From Phallusia mammillata (lineage: Eukaryota), in NCBI GenBank assembly GCA_965637545.1, contig OZ281500.1:17174001-17238000 (forward strand): a stretch of DNA of 64,000 bases. The letters run 5' to 3'. A model generated the notes under the pieces. The model had not been told where the DNA came from, did not search any database, and saw nothing but the letters and a program-made list of their open reading frames with translations. The position numbers and the translations under genes were made by a program. Numbering within the stretch: the stretch's first letter is position 1; the number at the start of each line of letters is the position of its first letter. Below are positions 28,334 to 39,600 of this stretch, one piece after another.

Positions 28334-31300
28334 TCATCCGAAATCAGCATGCAACACGTTAGTAAATAAACTTAAAAATGTTGTGTAACATTTTTGCTTA
28401 CTTCTGCATCTTAAAGGAGACTTTAGTCTTTTCGATTTTTGGCGATTTTTGCATTTTTTTCTCATCTTCTTGCAAGTTTTTTTGATTTTTCGTTTTTCTC
28501 TTTTCTTGGCGCATATTAATCCCGACATACATTCATTATATTCAACACAGCATGGATTACTGCATTTCTCTGCAAAAAAGAGATCATCATATAAGTCTGC
28601 TTATCAACACAACAATTCCCAGTACGTCAGGGCTTGACAGCTTTCAGCCAGCAGGCCAAATCCGTCCCGCCAAGGAAAATCATCACTTCACATATTGTCA
28701 ACGTACGCAAAAAACGTTATTTTTCAAACAATATCAATTTCATTTTATTGTTAATCTATGGCTGAATAATTATTATTGATTATATATGGCTGGCCTGGAA
28801 TAAGGAGTTAGTCTGAGAAAATTACCTTAATTTTTGCGAGATATAACAAACATAATGAGCAGTGGCCAAAAACAAAGCTTTTGTAAGAACAATGATGGCA
28901 AGATGTTCATACTAAGGTAAAATTTACTATTTCTAACGACATCTGAAAATTTATTCTTTAGCTTTGATCTTAATATTTGCTTTCAAGGCCAAGTTTAAAA
29001 ACCATGAAAACTATTCCTAAAAAAACCTAGACAGTATTACAGACACTGACAAAATAGGAAGACATTTTCCAGCGTTGGTATAGGTAACAAAAGGTTCTTT
29101 TTAAATTCACGTTTACATATTAAGATGAAAACAAGCTTACTTTTCTTAACTTCAATGCAGGTATTATTACTTCGACAGAACCTTGTATGACTGGGGCAGC
29201 GACTGTAGCAAGCACGATTATAATAATAGTAGTTGTCCATGCAGGTGTTGCATGTGCTCCGTGAATCACAAGTACGACATCCCTCCCCGCAAGCTGCAAA
29301 GAAAAAACACGTGACCGATTCAAAAACGTGACGTCATTTCGTAAAAATTATGACGTCATTTTGATCTGGGTATGGGTATTTCTTTTGATGTGGACGTTTT
29401 TTGACAACGGGGAGCTAAATGTTTGAAATTGCATTTTTTCGTACAAATAAAAACAAAATGCATCTGGTTTAAAACACCAGAAACAATGCATTCTTTTAAA
29501 TGTATGTGCGTTTGAGCAATTCAAAATTTTCCTTTTAACATGCATTTTATGTCTGACAAATGTTTCTAAAACACTATATAGTTGATGAACCCGGCAAGTT
29601 GTCATGTGACATTTCGGTGCAAATTAGTTTGTTTTTGAATAGGGTCTTGACAAAAGCATGTACAGTATTTTTAACATATCAATAAAATCCACAGAAGCAA
29701 ATTGGAGGAGAACGTTCATTTATTCTCCCATTTTCGCATTTTTCAGTCTTTAAAGGTTAATCGTGCAGAAAAAATGAAACGACTGTTTGATTTAAAATAG
29801 GCCAAATTTACGTGTTGCTGCATGCGCCAGTTTTTTTAGATCAGATAGGCGTAGTGAACTTTTTGACCTGTTAACCTTTGGACGGGCATTGACCTTGACT
29901 TGTTGACGTCACGGTCGGTGACGTGTCTTAAGGAATCGAAACCTTTTCTGGCAAGTTGATTTATGCTGTTTTGAAACATAGCAACAGAATGTCATAATAT
30001 GCCGTAATGCTATGCCGGATCGTTAAACAATGTAGTACGAGTCAAGTTGTACAAACATTTGCAGTGTATGTGGCCTTTTACCTTAAGCTTGAAGATTTTC
30101 CACTAGATAAACTGAGAAGAGAGGTCAAACCAAATATGGCACGAACCTATTTAAAGTTCCCATAACAAACCAAAATGGAGCACTGAGTATAAGAATAGAC
30201 GCATGGCATGTTATTATCATGTGGCCAGCTGAAATACTGGCTAAAAATAATACCAGAAAATTTGTTCAATGTAATCTCCGGGACAAAATAATTAAAAAAT
30301 GAAATGTAATCTTCAGGCCATGAGTTTGGGAAAAATTGGGTTTTCCAAAATCTAAAAATCTTTTGGGAGATTTTGACAGTAATCTGATACCAGTAGGCCT
30401 ACAACCCAAAAAATGTGTAGGGGTTACAACAACATAGGATCAGTGGATTTATGTTGGTCGAAAAAGTGTTGAGAAAATATGTTCATGCTTAAGATGCGCT
30501 GGGCCTCGTGATATTTATCGAGTTAAAAAGACTGATATAAACGTTTAATGCTCTTTTTTGGCGTATATAGCAACACGAAAATTTGTGGTAGCTATATTTT
30601 ATCTTGAGTTAACGGCATTTATACATGAAAAATGCCCAAACTATTTTGATAGCTGATTATTTTTCTGTTTTTCCATGTAATCTATTTTAAGGTTGCTTCC
30701 TAAAATCTAATTGTCCATAATAGTTCGCCCAAAGTGTCGCTGCTGTCAGAGCAGAGCCACAAAGCGACATGGCTGACCAAAATTTGAAATCTGACCCAAA
30801 TCGTTTTTTGAGGCCAGTTGCTCAGTCGATTGGTCAACTGAGTAAAACTGTTGCAATGCATAACTTTAGACTCATATCTATTATGTGTCGAAATATTTAT
30901 TAGTTTAAACAAATCTTTCTTCCCCAAAGAGCCAAAGAATCAAAAACATCAGACAGGAAAAAATGAGAAAAAAGACAAAAAAACCGCTTCAAGAAATTAT
31001 TACTGAATTTCTCAATATTAATGGTCAGTATTATCACAATATCTATTACACATCCTAAGTCACTAAAGTAAAAAAAATTACCAAAGCAGAGATTTTTTTG
31101 TTCGTCTTACCTTTACAGCTGTCAACCTCAGCTTTTGAACGGTGATTGTAGTGACCGTCCGGGCAGTGGTGAACGCAGTAGCTGCGTTGTGATTGCTGGT
31201 CGAGGTGGAGGTATGATTTCGCCGAATCTTGGTCACAGGAAGTACATCCGTTCGGTTGATCGGGACACTTGTCGCATGAGTTCCCACATACAAAGGCGGG

Positions 31301-34300
31301 TCCCGACGTGCCTGTGAGCAAAACAGAAGATTAAAACTTTGCCGAATGCAATTGGACCTAATGCAACTATTTGTACAAATACATGGGGATAAGGAAGGGG
31401 CATAAAGCTATTCATAACGCCACGAACGAAAAAAACAGTAAGTCGAAAGTGTCGTTTGTTAAACCCGCATAATAATTTTTATTTGCTCGTCTTTTCACAC
31501 AATGTATAATGATACGTGCAATTTGATCCGCCAGCGAACCACATTACCAGTAAAAAAATCCATTTTCGTGAACCGTTCATGTCAAATCAGACATTTCCCT
31601 TTTAATATACACATTAGCAATGTTATGCACATTAGCAAAAAATAAGCAATGTTTTTAAGTAACATTAGAAAATAAAACCGACAAAAAGCTCGCATGAGTA
31701 TCGCGTTCCTAATTCCCCGAAGTTTGTTTTGCATATTGTCACCTGGCGGACTTTCTAGCATCAAGCTGCTAAACATAAGACAGTAGTTCGCCGCTTTTAG
31801 TACTAAGTAACGCGTTTCAATCGTGCAATTACCGCAAGTGTTGGAGCGAAACCCACCACAAATGCGGTCATTAGCAACTTGATACCAAAACAAGCTGCCA
31901 GGCTTTGTATTCTCTTCAAGTAGGCGGAAACAAAAAGGTGAGACCAAAGGCACAACAGAAGTGGCCGCAAGCCTAATGACACGGAAATCTCAACAAACTT
32001 TGTCTCTTTTAAGATATTTCCAACAAAGTAATACGGAAGCCCTGGGTGGTGCAATTGCATAAATGCCATGGCAACCGATATATAGTGACGTCATACATGT
32101 GCGACGCGCGCTGGCGTCATGAAGAAGCACGACTCGGTCAGGTGCACACGTAGGAATGTTCAAAATAGGTGCAATTATCGATCAAATCACAACATAAAAA
32201 CAAATGCGCATTGTGTTTGGCGTTAAGCGGTTGTTGCAAAACACGTTTTTCTACCGCCATTACGCTCTTTTGTATAAGAGGCGTGACAAGTGTTGATCTT
32301 GTCACAGCTAAGTTGCACCTGCGCATCTTAACTGTGGATTATCTTTCCGGGGTTAGGGAGGTTTAAGCGCGATAATAACCATCCCGCGTGCACCTGGCTT
32401 GTGCGGTTAACCCCAGGGCGCGAAAAAGCCGACGCGGTTTGAAAACGTATATCCTCTGTCTCCGTGCATAATGCATGCATGGAAAAATGTATGATGCCGC
32501 GCTAAGAAAAAGGGGCTTCAAATTTTTTATTTAGGCTCCGAAGACTTAGATATGTCTGTGATAGGTTTCGTGACTCGATTATCTTACAAAATACAAAAAA
32601 AATGGGCGAGGGGGTCTACTTTACATTTACATGGGTTACGCAATTGCATGCCGAATAGTCCAATCCTGCGGTGACCTTTAAATACAGACTTTAAGTCAGA
32701 ACTGTCCCCACACTTAAGAAATATAATTCTGACATTCCCTTGCAAAACTGTTTTTGCATTGCAGCGAACGAAAGAACGTTTAGGTAAAGGTACGTTTGTG
32801 ATGCTTCGAGTACCTCGAAAACGAAGACGATGTCTTGAAATTATTGTCGGCCCGGAGCGTGGTATCCGCCGGAGGGCGTAGTGTCGGCCCCAGCTGAGCA
32901 TCAGCAGACCGAGCAGAGTCAAAATCTCGACAACCAGTCGACACGTCATGCTCGCGCCACTGTACGTCATCGATACACGCAAAAATTTGTCTAAATTTGA
33001 ACCTTATCGCTGGCGCCTGCTGCGATAAGAAACGCAGTAAAAGGTACGTAAATGACTGCAAACGCCGAAAACAGAATCGAATAACGCCGCGCCGCTGGTG
33101 GAGCAATGCAAGGGGGAAGTTCGCACATTGCTGTTGTGGCGTTTGCCCTGGTTTCATTCCATTAGGTTATCAACAGCCAGCTTGCCATTAGAGTTTTTTT
33201 GTGATAAGGTTGTGGGTCTTCGCCGAAACTGCTATCAAAATGGTATCTTAGTTTGGCCTTTGTTTGCCGCAACTTCGCTTTTAACAGCATTCAAGATCTT
33301 GACTGATGCGGTTCTCGCGCGGGGCTTTTTTACCATTTTTGCGGTAAAATGCGTGTCAAGTTTGGGTGCAACCTGTAACCTGTGCTCGATGATGAAAGAA
33401 GGACCGCTTCAAAAAAGTAGAGCAAAACCAGAAAATCAAAAGATCGGCAGTTTGTATTGATTTGAATCTGTCAAGATATAGATATCGAAAACCCCTACAA
33501 AATAGCGTAATACACTGTCGCAGATACAGCCAAATTGGGTTCCGATTTATTACTTTAAAATTGAAAAACAAATGTCATGAGATGCCCCTGGACAAAACCA
33601 AACTTTGCGCTTTCTTCTCAAAACTTCACGGACTTTCTGTTTTATCACTTAATAAACAAATATACGCAAGGTAACTTAAACATCTTATTCTGAGAAATTT
33701 AATTCAAAATATATGCAGCCTTTAAGTTATGCCAAGAGGTGCTTTTCGCAATTACACCACAGTTGATGCTTATTTCAGACACGAGGAAATTTGGATAAAT
33801 CAAGTTTCTATTTGTATTTTAAGCCAATCGATTGTGACCTGCTTCAGCGAACCGACAACAAAATTGCAAGTGGTGCTCTTTAACCGCAAACAAATTGCCA
33901 AGACGCGCGTGCTACGGCCTGCATTCCCTAACAAAGCGGACAACTTTTGTCTCACTCCATTATGGGATGAAATTACAGCGTGCTGGGGCATTAGCGCCGC
34001 AAAGAGGCCGTAATTGCGCCAATTTTCGCCTTCGAATCAATATAGCTGATGAATAATGCATTGCGACTCGCGCTGTTATTAAATAAACGTCGGAAAGTCG
34101 CGACACTTCCGACCCTGGAGCCGCCGAGATGCGATGACAAGCGACAAGCGCGCGCGGTTTTCTGTTCTAAAATGCCGCTAAATCAAAACCGACAGCGCCG
34201 GGTCAAAGTTGCGACGCGGCCCACTTGTTTTCCACTAATTCATTGTCTTTTGTTTGTGACAAGCACTGACGCAATAATCGAGCAAGTTTCGCGCGCTCCA

Positions 34301-36665
34301 GTTGTCGCGACCGGGATGATTTTTCCGCCGTCATGGGAAACTGGAACGCGCAGCGAACTTGTGTCGAACGCCGCGGCATACGTCATAAGTGATTGGCGGC
34401 GCGAATCGAAGGCGATTGGTTAATCCGGTGTTTGGCTCCCATCGCTTCCAGCGTGCTCACGAACCGTCAAAGCGCGTCTAATCCGCATTGTTTCGGCTCA
34501 AAAACCCTGCATAAATGCTCCTCGTGCCTCCGTGATGCGTCAAATCAATTATTTGCGTTGAAACGATCCGGTTCCGCATCGGGTTCCTGTCGTAGCACAG
34601 GCCGCCGACGTTCCTTACAGCCACTACAAAGTACGCGCAGTTTATCTGCATAACCGGATAAGGTAACAATACTCGTGCCTGCATAACACCGTGCTAGCGA
34701 TCCTCGATGTCGCGAAACCTAAGACACGATCAAAGCCTTGCTGTCCTCACGACGCAGCCTCACCGCGACAAGAATCCCATCCGACAGTGGACGATAAGAC
34801 GGGCTTCCAGCAGTCAGAGAGGTGCAATAATAACAAATCGCGACGCTGAAAGTCCACAAAAAAGGAGCCCTTATGTGTTAGAAGTTCTATCGGCGACGGC
34901 GCGAGACCCAGTCGAAATAAACGTGTGTCAAAGACGATTTGTGTGAAGCTTTTCAACGGGCGAGAGGCAGAAACGTGGCCGACCACTCGACTTGGGCACG
35001 TTCCCGTTTGAGGCGTTGTTGATTTCTGTGACAGCATTTTCAATTGGGGAAAAATGTAGCCTTTCGGGAGATGTTCCCAAGCATGAGAGCTTGACATCCG
35101 GTACTCCGACTTTCGTTTTCACTTTGCCGTGTCTGGGACAGCGCACGGTGCTTGCAATTGTTAGGGCGATGTCACCTGTTGATGATCAAAGGCCGCATTC
35201 CACCTTCGATTCGCCGCCCCCCAAATGACGCTTTCCCTTGTCACAGCCGCCGGGGTCGCGACCCACGCTAATGGCAACAACTTTCATGTTACCACGGCCG
35301 TGCAATGAAAAAGGGTTCCAGGTTAGGGTAAAAAGATCCCAAAGTGGAGTTCCACAGGGATCATTTTTTGGACCAAACAAGCCACAATGCCAACCATTGA
35401 AGGGTAGAATAACTGGAAAGGTATCGGGTTTTCTGTCGCATGCGTTTTAAGTTTAATCATCGATGTAGTGCCTTGGCGGCGATGCCGATTGAAACAAGAT
35501 AAGAGTAAGTACACAGAGGCCTGAGTTCAAGGGAAACCTGTAACGTACTTGAACCCTGACTTGCTTTACAAGCGTTTTGAAGCCTCGTTAAACGTTGGCA
35601 ATGAAGATTAAGATACCACATGTGAAAGGGTTGATGTCTAATGTTTCAGCGTTGCGTTTTTTCAAACCTAAACACATTCCAGTTCCTCAACATGCAGCGC
35701 AACTCAACACCACAATGCCCGACACGCTAATTTACGAGGGCACAACAGGCCGCTGGTGCTTGTGCATATACACACAGGCCACTACACCGGAGTGAGAATT
35801 GCATAAAGTCCGTGGGATAAGTTCATCGATCATATAACATAAGGAACGCAAGTTATGGTTTTTGGTAAAGGTTAAACGAAATTGAATTAGCGAAATCAAC
35901 AAAAGCCACCATGGAATTTAGCACGAAATCTACACCATGACATTGAAAGTGCTTTACATTTCTTAAGTATGACTACAACCTGTTAAGAACAAAAAATTCA
36001 ACAGTAAATTCTGAGTAAAATTGTTGTCATGCAGATATTGTTTCCTCAGTTTTGCTACAATTCATTTTCCAGTTGGACACTAATGGCGCGCGAAATAAAC
36101 CTTTCGTTACGTTGCGTCAAAAAATTCTTCGAAAAGCAACCATTTCGGGGGATTTTTGTCGATATGTACACTTAAAATGCGTTTGTAATTGCCCGTAACA
36201 AACAGAACAGACGCTAGTTAAGTTGACACGGTAAATGAATGCCATCATTTGCGCAGTGTGGTATTTACATGGCTTTGCGAGTAATGTGCACTCTCACATG
36301 CCAATGCACGTAAAACAGCGACCAGTTGGACTTGACGTGTTGCCAAGCGTTTCTTACGGCTCAGTTGGCCTTCAAACGGCCACGGGTCACTTATCAGCAC
36401 CAGTGAGGTGGTCCACTTACCTCTCCAAGCAAGGATAACTACTCTTGATCCTCAAAGTAAACGAGCTTCAATAAAGGGATTAGTAACATTGTTTAGGTCG
36501 CTCACCTCTTCGGTTCCGAGGATGCACGAGAACTCGGTTGCAGTCCAGGCAAAACGCGGCCATCAGAGCGAAAACGACGTAGCAAAGGCTGATGATGTAG
36601 CAGAGGTCTCCTCGTTTGACGGCGATCACCAGCATAGCAAACAGCGACGACTTAAGCTTGGGCAT
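28334..36665 (-). CDS. RSPO: R-spondin-like secreted protein (signal peptide, two furin-like repeats, degenerate TSP1, basic tail), about 249 aa
   Basis: Exons (minus strand): 36506-36665 (hydrophobic leader ending HPRNRR, GTGAGC donor), 31111-31311 (FU1: CGNSCDKCPDQPNGCTSC...CVHHCPDGHY), 29141-29293 (FU2: CGEGCRTCDSRSTCNTC..YYYNRACYSRCP), 28334-28569 (Cys and Lys/Arg-rich, TCKKMRKKC). All junctions are phase 1, as in vertebrate RSPO genes. RxRR sits exactly 8 residues before the first Cys, as in RSPO1-3. The first and last exons are less certain than FU1 and FU2. Confidence 0.8.
32814..32970 (-). CDS. Candidate alternative first (signal-peptide) exon of the R-spondin-like gene
   Basis: ATG at 32970 or 32949, MTCRLVVEILTLLGLLMLSWG plus an Arg-rich stretch, ending CGAG|GTACTC in phase 1, compatible with the FU1 exon. 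Confidence 0.4.
35319..35375 (+). mobile_element. Short decayed non-LTR retrotransposon reverse-transcriptase fragment
   Basis: Encodes QVRV..SQSGVPQGSFFGP, resembling the SGVPQGS(V/I)LGP motif of CR1/L2-type RTs. Other RT motifs are not recognisable. Confidence 0.4.
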
Positions 36666-39600
36666 GTTACCATCAAGTACACATAATCACCCGGTTTTGT
36701 CACACACATGCTTGAGCCTTCAGGGCAGGTACGTTGCCTAATTGCTTGCAAGACAACAGTGGGATAGGTTTAGCGCTACGCGACAGGTGCACATGTTGAA
36801 AGTAGACTAAACAAAGGCAAAAAAGATATGCAGAATATTTAAAACGGTCACACACTCCTTACACAGGCTACAGTGGTATACCAATACTCTAATCAAACAT
36901 TGACACAAAAAAACCTTAATATAGCTATCTATCTGGTCCTTACTCTTCAAAGTATAATCTCGAAACCCCAAAAGAGAATTATTTTTACGTACGCAGGTCA
37001 ACAAAAGTTAAAAGGACAATGAACTGAAATAAAATTTTTTAGATCAGTTCTGAGCCTTTCATCCTGACTGAACTTTTTTCTGACACAGTACACAAAAAAG
37101 GGATACAAATTAGTTACCTTTTTCTCTGGTACACACTAAATATGTTTACGTCTTCCAACTTAGCTTTCTGCATCTGTCCCACGCCTCGCCTGTTGGATTT
37201 AAAACATTCGATCTAGCAGCAACACGACTGATTCGCTTTGAAAAAGTTTTTGTGCAAGGGAATTACGGTCTGTACGAGTACCTACTATTAGCGGCAACCC
37301 TAAATACTTGTTTCGGTTTTAATTAGATTTTCAGCTCCTAATTTCGGTGTAATGAGGCAAAACGGGTCAAACTTTAAACGTTTTTGTAAGAACTAATCTC
37401 TAGTTCGCATTTTTACACAATTTACCAAGACATACCTTCGGATTTCGGTCAGGTTTTCTCAAAGAAAATTACATTAAAAAAAATAAACTCGTCAAAATAT
37501 TATGTATGAAATAATAGTGAATTGATATTACCATATACTAATCCACTTCATTTTACGAAAGCGGAGGCCAAGTTGTCATATGTTTATTAAGAATTTATGT
37601 GTTCGATCAGGGGTGGGCCAGACAGAACAAATAAAGCAAAGACATTGTGTCCACATGCTGATTTGCAACCCTTATGAGAGTGATCACTGATGAAAAAGGA
37701 TTGCGCAAGATTGACAAAACGCCAAGCAAAACAAGGCTTTTAGTAGCCCGAATTCCAATGCCATTCATTTCATTCTGTTACGCTATATGTTACTTAAATG
37801 CCCTGATATTGCCCTAGCTTATATTTGTCTCGAGTAAACATCGTGAAGTCGCACGGCACGCTGGGGATTGATTACCCCGCGGTTACTTGTACCCATTCTT
37901 ATTTGCAAAACTGACGAGAGGCACAGGCTGGGCTGGCGAACTGAGTTAAGTCGATCCCGGGCCGCAGTGAAAGTTATAGCTTCGATCGTGGCTCATGTTT
38001 GTCAATGCCAAACTCAAGATCATGCGATCGCGCTTTCGAAGTAAGCCGCATTTGCCACTGATCTACGATCCGTTGATATACGGACGAGGTGTGGTGGAAC
38101 TTTGAAGGATTTGGGATTCGCGCGACTTGGAATAATCAGAAAGCCGCAAAAATGTGAATAGTTCGGTTTACAAACTGAGTGCAAACTTTTATAGATGCGA
38201 TGATACTCCAACGAGGTTTGCTATACATGAGTGGTTTCATTACCTAGCTGAGCGGCTGTATTTATTTCTTTTTCAAAACAACACAAACGGGCTTAGAAAA
38301 ACTTCAGAAGTTTTTTTAAGGAAAAATGTTCTCTTTAACCAAGCGATACGCGGACAAAATGTGCTATAAAAACTTGACTATGGAATGCGCACGCCTTAGA
38401 ATAACTGTCGAGATAGACAATACAAAAGCGCCTTGCACTTGGCCCATAATTTTGCTACAAAGTAATTCAAGAATAGTGGATTCTGTTTGCGCTATGGATC
38501 GCACCTACCCTCGTGGTCAGTATTTTCTATAGCTTGTGACGATGCCGCCTTCAACTCGTTGTCATGCGACAATGGCCCTTCAATCCAACACCAACATACC
38601 TTGTTTGATCACGGCTGCCTTAAATCAACAAAGGATACAACAGAGTGCCACTTTAAACTCAACCATTTCTGGCGACACTCACCTCGACCTAAGGAATCTA
38701 ACACTTCCGCTAAACACATCTCTCGCGGATTTTTCCCTCAAAAGCCCGCTGGTTCCTGCCGCGAAGACAGCCCGTGTCTCTCACATCGCAGCGTTCCGAC
38801 AGTCACAAGCGAACCATCCGCTGTTGACTCTGTTACGCTCATCCCGTCAACGCAAATAGCGAAGAAGGGCCCAGCAACAAAGGCGGGCCGTGTACACACA
38901 CCAGCGCAATGCATTTCCAATATCAATTATCTTAAATCGCAATACGCACGTTTGATAGCAAATCTTAGCGCGATGAACCTCAGTTTACTCTGGCATTCGA
39001 CCAAGATCAACACTGTAACGTTTTCCTATTTGGTCTGCGTCTATAGGTTCTGCCTGGGATTATTTGTGCTTTATATCTTTGAGTGACCTATTTTGATTTC
39101 GCGTCAAGCGAGAGTATAGGAACTCACGCTGGTGTTAGGAAATTGAGAGCTACATTCACTAGACTTCCGATCAAGCTCTGTCCTCCCATTTTCTTTCTTT
39201 ATCGTTGCAGCAGGTGTAGGAATTATTCTGCATCTCTGAACAGTTTTTTTCTTTGCATCAATTATTAAAAGTCCACCTGTTTGGATGTCCGAAACAGGTG
39301 CTATCTGCAACAGGTGCTCTAAACGCGTAGACTGCAACGGACAAAATTCCAAACAATCTGAAAAGTTGATTGTTTTAAAACCTAACTAAAACTTCCGTTT
39401 CGTGAACACGACTTTGATACTAAAAGGAAAGGTTTTTGTTAGTTTATAACCACCTTATAACATACATACACATTTTTCGAAGTTATAAATTTTTCACGTG
39501 TTTCGTGCTTTGCTGAGATAAATGGTTAAACTGGTACACAAATAATCTGACTGAAATCTTGTAAAAGGAACACTTGTCTATAATACAACAACATCAATAA

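Noticed and set aside
31470-31700. Hydrophobic minus-strand stretches (MNGSRKWIFLLVMWFAGG and MRAFCRFYFLMLL) as the RSPO signal exon
   Set aside because: The phase-compatible donors are weak and there is no basic or furin motif. The 36.5-kb and 32.8-kb exons fit better.
36415-36505. Strong minus-strand donor GAG|GTAAGT downstream of the RSPO first exon
   Set aside because: Using it introduces a stop at 36480. I cannot tell whether it is used.
37608-37620. CAGGGGTGGGCCA hAT-like terminus
   Set aside because: No partner TIR or TSD found, and too short to call.
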